DNA of 63,633 bases, the filler included, from Trichomonas gallinae (taxonomy: Eukaryota), in NCBI GenBank assembly GCA_008369845.1. It is 8 parts of 8 records of this genome, joined end to end, with 100 filler letters (N's around TTAATTAATTAA, not from the genome) between each part and the next. Parts side by side here need not be neighbours in the genome. Positions count along the whole stretch, not along the records: positions 1 to 20,512 come from MRSU01000454.1; positions 20,613 to 25,745 come from MRSU01000458.1; 6 more parts are not named here. One strand, 5' to 3'. Every line of letters begins with the position of its first letter. The first letter of the stretch is position 1. The translations under genes were made by a program, and so were the position numbers. The notes beneath the pieces are model-generated. The model saw nothing but the letters and a program-made list of their open reading frames with translations, was not told the DNA's origin and did not search any database. Below are positions 11,529 through 22,285 of this stretch, in pieces.

Positions 11529-12044
11529 CAATTTTAGTGTACGTTTAAAAAATCAAAAACAAAATTTGTTGATTTTCTGTTAGATTTAACACCATAAATA
11601 GATTAACTAATGCATAACATGACTGAATTTATCATTAATTGTTTGAAAAAATGATTATTTTGTAGAAAAATCAAATTTGCAGACTAAATCCATGGAAATA
11701 ACCTTATATCTTTTTTTCAATAATATCAATATTTCATATTGAATATAATTATTCGATTTCATCTTTATTTAATGATTGTCCTGAGAGAATATAGAAAATA
11801 TCAATAATTTTTAGCGCAATATTACATTTTTACAACATATTTTTCATTATTACATCTATAATACTATTTTTGAAATATTAAATTGTTATAATACATCAAT
11901 ATATTTTTGAAAATGAAATATTTGGTTTTTAAAGGTTTTTATTGAATTCTATAGATATATTTAAAAGAATTTTACATTATTTATGAGTTTGAAGCATTTT
12001 CTGAGAATAATATTGAAAATATAAATAATTTTTGTTTTATAAGA

Positions 12045-13442
12045 TCACAATATAGATGGTGGGGTGGATAACATATTGATAACAGTCTTTGGACGCATTC
12101 TTGTAAATGCATAAGCGAAAATGATGATGCTGGCCAAAATGGATATAACCATGTAAGCGAATGGTCTAAACAGGAAGAAGTTATCTGAATATAGATTAAC
12201 TCTGTTGCCTGCGCAGATCCTCTTTGTTCCGATACTTCCGGAAATTGTTGACCAAATTGTCCAGGCACCAGCTACAGCGTTGGAAGCTGTTTCATAGTAC
12301 TCATTGACCTTCTGGCCCTTAAGAGTAGCAACTGTTGCGTTTCTTTGAGCGACTTGGAAAATCTCGAGATCTTTTTCAAGAGCATTTAATGTAAGCTGGT
12401 CTGTAATTTCAAGTCCAAGAGATATATGTGAGCGGACAGAGTCTATTACGTACGAAAAGTTAGAAACTAAATCAGCGAATGGGAAAATGATGCTATTTCT
12501 GCGAATAACCATCTCAGCGAATGGTAGTGACTCTCCGAGAGAATCAAAGCCAAAGAGAGAACGAGATAGAGCCATTTTAAGAGATTCTTTATCATTTTGT
12601 GGAGCAAAAGCAATAGTATCATCGCCATAGACGAAGTTTGGTGGACATGTTCTAGGTAACGAGAAAACAGCCAGATATCTGATAATTTGAGCGAAATGAT
12701 ATTCAGAAGTTTGTTGGAGCCAATGTTTGACGCAATCTGCATCTTCACAGATTCCGCAGATTATATCAAGAGACTCTGATTCGTAAGGAACGTTCGAAAT
12801 GTTAATTTTTGTGTATTTCGCAAAATCTATTTGAATTTGGCTCGAAATTGAAGAATCTTGGCTGTCTTTTGTATAGCTGATAACATTGATGTCATCTTCA
12901 TGCGTGAAGTTGTTGAGAGGTCTGTAATTTAATGGATGATCGAAAATATCTGTTAATAATTGTTTTAATGCATCAACGATAATATAAATGATTTTGCTGT
13001 TCTCGTAGATGATTTCGTCCTTTCCGAAGCCCATCGCGATCCATCCATCGCCTTTAGCAATGACCCTGGAAGTTCCTGGATATTTGCTTGCCATGGCGAC
13101 GGCGTAGATGACTACAAGTGCTGGATTTCTATCATAATCGTTTTGTATTGCATTTTTGATCGACTCTCTTGTATTTTCGAAGTTCAAATTTAATACTTCG
13201 ATTTTTGTTTTGAATGTTTGGTGAACTTCTTGGTCACCATGGACTACATTGATTTTATGGAGTGAACTTCTATCAGCATAAATCACGAAATTCAACTGAT
13301 CAGCAATTTTCTTATCGAAGTTGACGCATCTGAGCGAAATTTCGGTGTCAAACGTTGTAAGGATGTTGCCTACGACGAATGTCTTCGATAACCCAAGCAT
13401 TTCGCTTCTAGCTAAAGAAGAAAAGAAAATAAACAGAAACAT
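12045..13442 (-). CDS. Hypothetical type I membrane protein
   Basis: 465 aa, hydrophobic N-terminus (MFLFIFFSSLARS) and one C-terminal TM helix (FAYMVISILASIIIFAYAF). Family not recognised. Confidence 0.7.
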   Translation of the reverse strand: MFLFIFFSSLARSEMLGLSKTFVVGNILTTFDTEISLRCVNFDKKIADQLNFVIYADRSSLHKINVVHGDQEVHQTFKTKIEVLNLNFENTRESIKNAIQNDYDRNPALVVIYAVAMASKYPGTSRVIAKGDGWIAMGFGKDEIIYENSKIIYIIVDALKQLLTDIFDHPLNYRPLNNFTHEDDINVISYTKDSQDSSISSQIQIDFAKYTKINISNVPYESESLDIICGICEDADCVKHWLQQTSEYHFAQIIRYLAVFSLPRTCPPNFVYGDDTIAFAPQNDKESLKMALSRSLFGFDSLGESLPFAEMVIRRNSIIFPFADLVSNFSYVIDSVRSHISLGLEITDQLTLNALEKDLEIFQVAQRNATVATLKGQKVNEYYETASNAVAGAWTIWSTISGSIGTKRICAGNRVNLYSDNFFLFRPFAYMVISILASIIIFAYAFTRMRPKTVINMLSTPPSIL

Positions 13443-13828
13443 GAAAAAATTATAAAAAAATTTTCGGATTTTTTTTTATAAAAATATTTCACGATAAACT
13501 AAATTTAATAATATCTCGCTAAATAATGTATATTTTAAATAAATTCTAATTCCTTTTGATTTATAAGGAAGTGATATATATTATTATACAATAGAATAAT
13601 ATTTTTAAATCTTAGATAATTCAAAAATTTGACATATATATATCCATGAGCCAAAAAATTAATAAAAATCATTGCATTAATATTGATTGCAATAAAACAA
13701 CCTATATATGAGCATCAAAATGAAATTTAAATTAGTCCAAAATATTTGATTTTTCAATTAAAATTTGATAAAATTCTCAAATTTAACTTTTTTGAAAGAA
13801 ATGCAAGACTTAAATTAAATATAATCAT

Positions 13829-16800
13829 TTATTTTCCTTCCATCAAAACTCTTTCACACCATTCACAAACAACAGGATTCTGTTCCTTCATATTATCGAT
13901 CTGGTCCTGGAACTGCAATTCCTTGGCGATTCTGTATCTCTCCACCAAGTTAGGGATGTTCTTCAGGAACAACTTCATCCTCTTAAGCATCTCATCATCG
14001 CCGTTTGCGACTTTATACATCACGACAACTTGTGTGCACAAACTCGAAGTGATTGGCCTGAAGTACTGGAAAGCAGTCAAGAAGTCGTCACCTTTAGACT
14101 GAATGCACTGTGCGAAAATAGCTTCAGCCCAGTTGATTTCTGTATCCATGTCGTAAGCGACAGCAATTGTCAAAGCGAATGGGAAGTCTTTTGACTTCAT
14201 CAGGTTCAAAACCTGCTGCTGATCCAGATGCAGGACATTCATATCTGGGACTTCCAACTGCAAGCTGATCAATGAAAGCTTCTTAAGACATTCCATTGAC
14301 AAAGAATAACACTTTTCATGCAAGAAATATGCAAGAGCCAACAAAAAGTGGCTTGATGCTTCTTGCAATTTGTTCTTGTCTGGGTTGTTCCTCAATAATC
14401 TCATTCCGCACTCCATGCGCAACTCAGCGTGATCTCTGTATAACATGTAGTTGAGTGTGAGATCGAAGTATCTCTGCGGCTCAAACGGTTGAACATGGCG
14501 CGCGCAGTTCATTATGACGCGGCCGACTTTCTTGCCGAGTGTTGAGTGAGGAAGAGCGTCGAGTTTCTCTTGAGCGATCAAATGCTGGAAGTATCTCGGT
14601 AATAAAGCTGGATCCTTGAAGACAGTTACAATGTTGATGATGAGATTTAACTGTTTCTGTTCAACTAAGTCGTCTAAAATGTGATCTAACATTTCAGCGC
14701 ATTCATCAATATCTGACGTGCACATTGAAGAATGTAATAAAATGTTGACAACAATTGCTATTGGCTGTGACTTGTAGATCTCATTCGCTCTGAGGAATAA
14801 TGCGTCGCCGACTGCACTTGGAGTGTTGCAGAGTTTCGTGAACTCATCAAATTTCTCCGAGAAGTCTTTGACAGGAATAAGTCCTTGGATAGAACGTGGA
14901 TTTGCGCCAAGTTGCTCGATGACATGATTTGTGAATGATCTTGATAATGCATCGGCTGTTTCTTGTTCTGTGAGTTTTCCGAATGATATCAAGCTCTGGA
15001 CAATTGGCCACTGTGCTATTGTCACTGATAACTCGCTCTCTATGAAGTCTGTTGTCTTCCTTTCGAGTAAGTCTGTCGTTGGCCAATTAAGTCTCTTTGC
15101 AGCCTTGTAGTGAAGTGAAATGAGACCGAATCTCCAGCCCATCTTGTTTGCGATTGCACCCAACAAGCCTTCGATATCATTGACATCTCCGAACTGCTGG
15201 AGGTGCTGCATGGCCTCTTCGCTGAGCTTCTGTCCTGAAATAAGTTTCTGGACACTTTCCAATAACAAAATTGACTTCGGGGACTTGTTCCTCCATTCGC
15301 ACAATAATCTGGCGTCATCAACTCTTCTGTTGTCAAGGCAATAATCTATTGTTGTGTCTATTGATGAATCGAAGAATCTCTGCAATGCACCGTTACCATA
15401 TAGAACTGGCAATGCGACAGAAAGAGTTATCTTCTTTGGAACTTTGCTCAAGTCTGTTCTCGGGAATAACAAATCAAGAGTCTCAGGTAAAGGCATCATC
15501 ACATCCTGAACACGAGGAACTTCGATGTTCAATTCTGTGCATATCTTAAGATGTAATAACAAAGCATCAATTGCGTTTGTTAATGGTGATGTTGTCTTGA
15601 ATAATGATCTTGAGAACTTAAGAATTTCAAAGACTTCTGTTGGCTGTGCGTAAGGAAGAAGAGCAGCGAATAAAGCGACAAAGAACATCTCATCGCCATC
15701 TTGTATTGACGAAACAATCTGTGAATGTATATCGAGGACTTGTGCTGGTGTTGTTGCTGTAGAATACTGGTGTTTGAGCCATTCTTGTGTTGCGCTGGAT
15801 GATGATGTTCCCAAGACTGTTGCAACGCTCTGTCCAAGTTGCAAAGAATGGTTCAAAGCGAGCTTCTTGACGATTTCTTCTGGCTTTCCGAGCAAGTCGC
15901 ATTCCATTATTGCTTTCCTGAAGTTCTCGAACTTCTCGATAACAGTGGCCATCTCCACCCTCGGCTTTAAGAAAGGCGAAGGAACTGATGTCTTGAGGAG
16001 TTGAAGGAATCTGAATAAGTGGACTTGCGATTTCTGTGCGCAAAGTTTAGCGAGATAATCAAGCAATGGTGACCATGTTGATAAAACATCAGATATCAAG
16101 ATTGTTCCAAGTAAATCATCTTGGAATGTTTGCTCTGGTGTCTTATCGAGAATGATCTTGTCGATTTTCTCTAATGCGAGTTCTGCCTGATGGAACAAAA
16201 AGTTTTGTACTGCATATGAAAATGTAGAGATCAAATAAACTATAGATGTCTCGCTGAATAATTCCAAAGCTTGTTTTACGCCAGTAACTTTGTCTGGTCT
16301 TCTTAATAGGCTGATCATAACCTGCATGAAGAGAGTAACAACTTTCTCGTGTTCGACTGTCTTAGTTACATCGAATGTGAAGTCTTTTGTCATTGTCAGA
16401 AGTGTAACGAGGGCGCAAATCATTGGATTCGATCCTTCGATTGATGTGGCGAGTAATGCATATAACTGGTTGGAGTGGTTCAATGATTCCTGTAATAATG
16501 AAATGTACTGTGGCTGATCTGTCCTTCTAACTGCTCTAAAGACAACTAAAGCTGGTGGAATTTCGCCACCGTTTGTTCCTTCTTCTGTTGGAAGGCTCTG
16601 TGTTAGATGGAATAATAAATGGTCTTTGAGTGGATTGTCTGGCATCTCTGACTTGATGATCTTGACAACTTCAGCGATTGGATATTGTGCACCAATTTCA
16701 GCAGCTCTGTCAATATAGAGAAGCAATTCTGCTGGTCTTCCTTTCTTTGCGAAATTAGAAATAGCTGTATAATCTAGTGGCAAACCGCATCTGACACCTA

Positions 16801-19800
16801 ACAAAGCTGACAACAAGAATAACTCGATTTCGTTTGCAGCGAGTTTCTTCTGTATGCTCTTTGCAGCTGTTTTATCATGTTGTGTGAAAACTTTAGAAAG
16901 CTCGTCGAACAAAACGGTGTTGTTATCACTTGAAAGATTGTCGAAAATTGCTATTGAAAGTTTGTAGTCTGTAGCTGAGTCGCTGTTGAATTTAAGATCG
17001 ACGAGTTCGATGAATGTCAAAGCGGCCAATCTGATGTTTCTGTCAACCAAAGCTTCCTTCATGCACTGAAGGCACAAGTCATTGAACTTAGGTTCAGTAA
17101 TTCCGTCGTCTATAGCCTGCTGGAAAGCAGATACAGGCAGCATTGATTTGACGTAGTGTACATACGGTGGCTCTGATGGAGCAGTGATGAGTTCTGGGTG
17201 GTCGAAGTGTGGGAATGGAGGCTGTCCTGGTGTTTTTCCGTAGTGGTCTGTGAAGACTTTGCTGAAGTCGTAATCGAAATGTGCCTTCAACAAATCGTGC
17301 AATTCGAGATCGAACTTTGACGTGAAAATCGGAGAACGCCACTGACTGGCTGGCGGCTGCATTTGTGGAACAGGTGGATGTGGAATTTCGCCTTTAACTA
17401 ACGAAGATAATAATGGATAATCTGTCTTTAATCTCTGTGAAAGAGCTTCTGTTTCTGGACTGCCTGGCTTGAATTTCTCTGGATCTCTATTCCACACAAA
17501 TGATGCCAAAGGAGCCAAAGAATCAGATGGAAGAGATTTCCACAATTCTATTGGATCAGTAGACTTTGAATGAGCGATTAATTGCATGCAGCTCAAGTTC
17601 GCTGCGGCTGGATCTCTCTTGATCCACAAATCCCAGATGAACCTAATAAGCGGCTCATCGATGTCGCTCATGTCGATTTCTTTCGATTTAGGATGGGAAA
17701 CAACGAACATTTCGAATGGCATGAAGAGATTCTTCTTAGCGCAATAGATAGCGAATCTCTTGAAGAAATCTGTGAAGTTAAGTGTAGTTGTGTTTGCCCA
17801 CCAAGCTTGATCGAACAAAAACTTGTTCTTGCAGATTCTAACAATCAACAAATCGAAGTCGTCGAGTTCGTGTTGCGCGAAAACACCAGCCTGGCAGAGA
17901 ATGTCCAACAATGTCTCGCTCTCGTACATGTTCATCTGCTGGTAGTACTGGTTGACGAATTTGACACTTATCATGTTCTTTTTAGCATCACCTTTAGACT
18001 TTTCAAGTTCTTTCCTAAACATGTTGACCATTTCTGTCACCCTGTGTTCGCAGTGCAATATCCAGAGCCTTTCAACAGACAATTGATCAGTTGTGAGCAT
18101 CTTGATTGTCTCTGGTGATTGTGCTTCTATCAATGCAATGTTGCCGAGGAAGTATTTAGGAGATTCGACTGGTGGTTCTTCAGGAATATTGAACAATTCT
18201 GGGAAAACCATTGCTTTGTTCTCATTAAAGTCTGCAGTCAAGTCAACGATTGGTTGCCAGGCCGGAAGCTTAGATGGATCAGATAAAGCTTTCATTGCTG
18301 GGCTGTTGTTGAGTTTACGCGCAAGAGAGAAGGAAGTATTCGGATACTTGGTTGTTATCTTCAACAATATCTGTGAATTTTCTTCATCTTTCGGTGTCAG
18401 CAAACCTTGCTTGTGTAGATAGTCGTGCAAGACTTGTCTCGTTTTGTTCCTTGTTGTCTGACGCCACATCTCTTTAAAATGCTGGCCAGGATTCTCGCCG
18501 AGTTTCTCTATCAAAGCTGACGCGTCAGCAAGCTTTCCTGAGCATACGAAGCACCAGCACTGCTGTAAAACGATTGTCCTAAACAAGTGGAATGGCGAAA
18601 ACTCTGGGAATGAAATTGCGAGTGTCGGGAGAGCAGATGTGATGGCGTTGCGCTGTAGTGCATCGAGAACGAATGGCAATAACTCTTTTTCTGAGATTGG
18701 AGGTTGTTCTCCTGTTCCTGTCGTTGGAGGTTTGAGTGGTGGCATCTGTTTGGGGCATTGTACTATGGATCTGAATGTGCAGAGTGGGGGGATGAACTTG
18801 TTCTTGAGCTCTGAGCTGTTGTTGATGCATTTAGCAAATAATCTGACAATTATTGTGGAAATGTTAATGGTAAACTGGCGTTTAAACTGCGAATCTACGC
18901 AGTTTGTGAGCTCTGTGAGGAAAGGAAGAGCGAGATTCAGTGGTAAATCTTTGGCAAACATTTCAACTAATTCTTTGCTTTCGTGTTGGCATGCTGCGTT
19001 AGCAATAAGAGCTGCATTATCACCAGACTGTCTTCCAAAGTTGACAAGGAATGGAATAGAGTAACTTGAATCAAGAACATTGAGAATTCTTGGAATATGT
19101 TCTGGATCATCAACGATAAGAAGCTTTTTGCCATCTGTATAAACTGGTGAGTGGAATTTTGGATATACAACGTAGTATTCTGGCTTAATTGGAAAGATTT
19201 TATCATCTTTGAGATATGTACAGAATTTTGTGCCTTCTGGAACGTCCTCTTTTCTAAGGATTCCTTTGCTTTTGTCGACAATTGTAATTTGATTGTTCGA
19301 AATGCATCCGAAAATTCCGGGTCCAAGTGGACAAATGAAATCGCAAGGAGTTTGATAAAATACGAACTCATCTAAAGCTGAATTCCAGATTGAAACGGTG
19401 GTTGGTGTAATTCCTGCAATATTTGCGCCATCAAAAATATAATTTGTGCAATTATTTGGATTGCAAGCTCCTTGTAAGTATAAACCATCTGGATATACTG
19501 TATATTTCTCAAGTTGATTCGAATTTAAGATTAAAATTGAATTTGCATCGACAGCAGTTGCTATTTTTGCATTATCTGATAATGGAAACTCGATAATCTT
19601 ATTCATGACGCCGTTATTCGTTTTCATTGAGATTGGAGCTTTCCTTGTAGATGCATCATATATAACAATCGTTGGTAATTTATCTTCGGATGTGTAAATC
19701 ATTAATTTATTCTGTGAAATTACGCACAATAACTGACTTTCGAAGTGACTATTTTCCATCCAACAGAAATCGGAGATTTCACTTAAAGAAAACACCATCG

Positions 19801-19942
19801 ATTTTGATTCGATCGAAAAAAGATTAAGATTTTCATTATTATCAAGAACACCGAGGAACTTTGGTGAAAGCAAGGCTAACTTCCAACTGGTTGAAGAACC
19901 AAGCTCTGGAGAAAATTCAAAAATCGGTAGTTCTTTAGTCAT
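13829..19942 (-). CDS. SPG11: Spatacsin (AP-5 accessory protein)
   Basis: 2037 aa with beta-rich N-terminus and long helical body. The C-terminus (EKCYSLSMECLKKLSLISLQL...FPFALTIAVAYD...NWAEAIFAQCIQSKGDDFLTAF) follows the spatacsin C-terminal pattern. Confidence 0.85.
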   Translation of the reverse strand: MTKELPIFEFSPELGSSTSWKLALLSPKFLGVLDNNENLNLFSIESKSMVFSLSEISDFCWMENSHFESQLLCVISQNKLMIYTSEDKLPTIVIYDASTRKAPISMKTNNGVMNKIIEFPLSDNAKIATAVDANSILILNSNQLEKYTVYPDGLYLQGACNPNNCTNYIFDGANIAGITPTTVSIWNSALDEFVFYQTPCDFICPLGPGIFGCISNNQITIVDKSKGILRKEDVPEGTKFCTYLKDDKIFPIKPEYYVVYPKFHSPVYTDGKKLLIVDDPEHIPRILNVLDSSYSIPFLVNFGRQSGDNAALIANAACQHESKELVEMFAKDLPLNLALPFLTELTNCVDSQFKRQFTINISTIIVRLFAKCINNSSELKNKFIPPLCTFRSIVQCPKQMPPLKPPTTGTGEQPPISEKELLPFVLDALQRNAITSALPTLAISFPEFSPFHLFRTIVLQQCWCFVCSGKLADASALIEKLGENPGQHFKEMWRQTTRNKTRQVLHDYLHKQGLLTPKDEENSQILLKITTKYPNTSFSLARKLNNSPAMKALSDPSKLPAWQPIVDLTADFNENKAMVFPELFNIPEEPPVESPKYFLGNIALIEAQSPETIKMLTTDQLSVERLWILHCEHRVTEMVNMFRKELEKSKGDAKKNMISVKFVNQYYQQMNMYESETLLDILCQAGVFAQHELDDFDLLIVRICKNKFLFDQAWWANTTTLNFTDFFKRFAIYCAKKNLFMPFEMFVVSHPKSKEIDMSDIDEPLIRFIWDLWIKRDPAAANLSCMQLIAHSKSTDPIELWKSLPSDSLAPLASFVWNRDPEKFKPGSPETEALSQRLKTDYPLLSSLVKGEIPHPPVPQMQPPASQWRSPIFTSKFDLELHDLLKAHFDYDFSKVFTDHYGKTPGQPPFPHFDHPELITAPSEPPYVHYVKSMLPVSAFQQAIDDGITEPKFNDLCLQCMKEALVDRNIRLAALTFIELVDLKFNSDSATDYKLSIAIFDNLSSDNNTVLFDELSKVFTQHDKTAAKSIQKKLAANEIELFLLSALLGVRCGLPLDYTAISNFAKKGRPAELLLYIDRAAEIGAQYPIAEVVKIIKSEMPDNPLKDHLLFHLTQSLPTEEGTNGGEIPPALVVFRAVRRTDQPQYISLLQESLNHSNQLYALLATSIEGSNPMICALVTLLTMTKDFTFDVTKTVEHEKVVTLFMQVMISLLRRPDKVTGVKQALELFSETSIVYLISTFSYAVQNFLFHQAELALEKIDKIILDKTPEQTFQDDLLGTILISDVLSTWSPLLDYLAKLCAQKSQVHLFRFLQLLKTSVPSPFLKPRVEMATVIEKFENFRKAIMECDLLGKPEEIVKKLALNHSLQLGQSVATVLGTSSSSATQEWLKHQYSTATTPAQVLDIHSQIVSSIQDGDEMFFVALFAALLPYAQPTEVFEILKFSRSLFKTTSPLTNAIDALLLHLKICTELNIEVPRVQDVMMPLPETLDLLFPRTDLSKVPKKITLSVALPVLYGNGALQRFFDSSIDTTIDYCLDNRRVDDARLLCEWRNKSPKSILLLESVQKLISGQKLSEEAMQHLQQFGDVNDIEGLLGAIANKMGWRFGLISLHYKAAKRLNWPTTDLLERKTTDFIESELSVTIAQWPIVQSLISFGKLTEQETADALSRSFTNHVIEQLGANPRSIQGLIPVKDFSEKFDEFTKLCNTPSAVGDALFLRANEIYKSQPIAIVVNILLHSSMCTSDIDECAEMLDHILDDLVEQKQLNLIINIVTVFKDPALLPRYFQHLIAQEKLDALPHSTLGKKVGRVIMNCARHVQPFEPQRYFDLTLNYMLYRDHAELRMECGMRLLRNNPDKNKLQEASSHFLLALAYFLHEKCYSLSMECLKKLSLISLQLEVPDMNVLHLDQQQVLNLMKSKDFPFALTIAVAYDMDTEINWAEAIFAQCIQSKGDDFLTAFQYFRPITSSLCTQVVVMYKVANGDDEMLKRMKLFLKNIPNLVERYRIAKELQFQDQIDNMKEQNPVVCEWCERVLMEGK

Positions 19943-20512
19943 TTTAATAAAAAAGTGACATCCTCAATCGAGAAATAAAACTCGAATTTAATGATAAAAA
20001 TAGAATACATATGCTATATGCTCTTTAAATTTTGCGTTATTTTGTCAAATTCTTCAATTTTCGAAATCTTTGACATTTTTTTGTTATTTTCTTGAATTGG
20101 TTATATATATTGACTATTAAACAACTTTTCTATATTATTTTTATTAGAATTTATCATGACTATATAGTTATTCAGAGCAAGTGCAATCATCTCTCTATTA
20201 ACGATACACTCAGTACGCAAAATCCAATGCGTAAAAAATTTACCTTACGCATTTGACATACGCAACTACGTACTCGGCGTGCGAGGATTTTTTTTTTTTT
20301 TTTGCATAGTTTTTTACGCAAAAAGTGAGCCTTTTAGCATCGTTACTCTATGTAATGCTTAACTCGACCTAAGGATTGATTTGACTTATAAGTTTCTACA
20401 TATTTTTATCTTTTAGCCATCTCTAGCATGCTGTATAAACAAAAATTGACTTTTTCACAGCGAATCACGAAGTTTTTCAAAAAATTAATAAATATTTATT
20501 TAGTACATATAC

Positions 20513-20612
20513 NNNNNNNNNNNNNNNNNNNNNNNNNNNNNNNNNNNNNNNNNNNNTTAATTAATTAANNNNNNNNNNNNNNNNNNNNNNNNNNNNNNNN
20601 NNNNNNNNNNNN
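20513..20612. other. Assembly spacer N44-TTAATTAATTAA-N44
   Basis: Identical 100-nt linker with stops in all six frames. It recurs at 25746, 33020, 42330, 52771, 59947 and 61238. Confidence 0.98.
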
Positions 20613-20657
20613 ACCGAGCGAATGCGAGCGAGACTCAATTTCATACTCGGCTTTTTT
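20613..20657 (+). ncRNA. Possible 3' end of a Pol III RNA (SRP-RNA-like), truncated by the gap
   Basis: GC-rich contig start containing AGCGAGAC, as near the 3' end of 7SL RNAs, a CCGAG/CTCGG inverted pair and a T6 run. Only about 45 nt are visible. Confidence 0.3.
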
Positions 20658-20944
20658 CCTCTACTCAATTTAGTCTATCGTTTACATCTATAATTTAATA
20701 TATAGATGAATTCATTTAGTTTTATTCATTTCTTTGTAATTATATCATTTTTTTTTCATAATTTTAATGAATTAATTTAATGAACAAATCAGCAATTACT
20801 CGACATTTTAAGATCATAGCTTGTGTAATAGAGCTTGAGTAATCTCGTGAAATTTCAAAAAATAAGAATTATTAAGTTTGAGTTTGTTTTTAAAAGTTCT
20901 ACTTTGTTAGACTGGCGATAATAGAGCAAGACAAATGATAATAC

Positions 20945-21572
20945 TCATTGCTGACTCGATTTTTCAAGATATGAAAAGCTGTGGGTAAGGAAATATTTGT
21001 TATCAGGTTTGGACCAATTCTCATCTTGGTTGAAGTGCTGTTTATATGTTGTTTCATCAATTTTATAACTCTTTGTTCCATTTTTATTTTCAATTTCCTT
21101 CACAACGTCTTTTGCGATCATTCCATATGATTTATGCTTGCACTCATTCCACAGGTGGCCTTTTTCACTGCAGGTTGTACAAAACTTCGAATTTTCCCAA
21201 CTGAACAGCTCACGCCTGTACGGCTCAAAATCTCTTTGAGAATCATATTCATTCACGATATTTTCGATGAAACCAAATTGATCCCTTTGGAATGACATTT
21301 AAAAAAACATATTTATTCAAGATATATCTCAAAGTATTAATTTTATTCATGCTTGACTCTGCAGGCTCTATAATCTGTTGTGATGATAGTGGACATGCTT
21401 TTGTCTCGTGTTTATGATTACCACATTTTGCACAATGTTTTGCAGGCGTATTATACATCATTCTAGTTTTTACCAAGTTACTATACATTTCATCATCAGA
21501 TAAAGAGTCAGGAAAAGTTCACTCTTCGTCAAAACCTGTTTGTTTTACATATCCAAAGTTAATCGCAGACAT
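20945..21572 (-). pseudogene. Disrupted CCHC zinc-knuckle protein gene
   Basis: ATG at 21572 reads MSAINFGYVKQTGFDEE*TFPDSLSDDEMYSN (in-frame TGA). Knuckle 1 is CAKCGNHKHETKAC; knuckle 2, CTTCSEKGHLWNEC, lies in a different frame (ORF 20945-21298). Confidence 0.65.
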
Positions 21573-21580
21573 TTAAAAAT

Positions 21581-21750
21581 TTGACATGTAAAATCCTTTT
21601 TTGATTTGTAATCATAATAGTTTGACATGTAAATGTCATCTTTTGACAAGTAAACAATGATTTTTGGCAAATATATATAAAATTTTGACAAGTAAGTGTC
21701 ATGTTTTGAATCATAGATGGCAGATTTTGACAAGTAAAGCCGTTTGAATA
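21581..21750. repeat. Tandem array of about eight 21-bp units, core TTGACA(T/A)GTAAA
   Basis: Core starts at 21581, 21601, 21622, 21643, 21664, 21685, 21706 and 21727. Confidence 0.85.
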
Positions 21751-22285
21751 TAAATTGCTCATATCATGCGAAACGATTTGTAACTAGGTGATCAATATAA
21801 ATATTCACGGACTTTATTTTAAGTTATGAAATAGAATACTTATCGTTCATTTTACACCCATTCAAAAGAACAATATGATTAATCACATATAGATAAATTG
21901 ATTCCCAACAAATTAAAAAATTTCTTTGACCGCAGAATATTTTGAATGTTAGCCATTGAAATTGATTTGAATGTTCCCCGATGTTGTTATTATATTATTC
22001 CATAACAGTTTATTATAAATTTTAAATTGGCTGTGCAATTTAACTTTCAAACTTTTCTGAACAATTGAATGGTTATCAAATGCTTTCAATAAATTAAAAG
22101 AATTCGCATAAAACCCACCTCTCATTTTTTGAGTTATTTTTCCATAGTCTCATATGTTTATTATATGAATCGAATATTAAAAATTTTTGATATTTTCTTT
22201 TTCGATTTTGGTTTAATGAATTGCTATATAATCACTATGTACAGCTAAAATCTTTCTTTTTTAAAATTTTTTTCATTTTTAAATT

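Noticed and set aside
17582..19064. Plus-strand ORFs of 109-178 aa inside SPG11, and similar ORFs inside other long genes
   Set aside because: Antisense or alternate-frame shadows expected from codon bias; no recognisable motifs.
20557..20568. TTAATTAATTAA palindrome recurring seven times
   Set aside because: Always centred in N runs of identical length; an artificial linker. ORFs ending in X...LIN are artefacts.
21299..21308. T-TTT-TTA slippery heptamer (minus strand) between the two zinc-knuckle ORFs
   Set aside because: A -1 shift reaches TGA within about 16 codons. The second knuckle is in the +1 frame, which has TAA right at this site.
21545..21762. Short ORFs with FTCQ/YLSK periodicity
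   Set aside because: Translations of the 21-bp DNA repeat array, not credible proteins.
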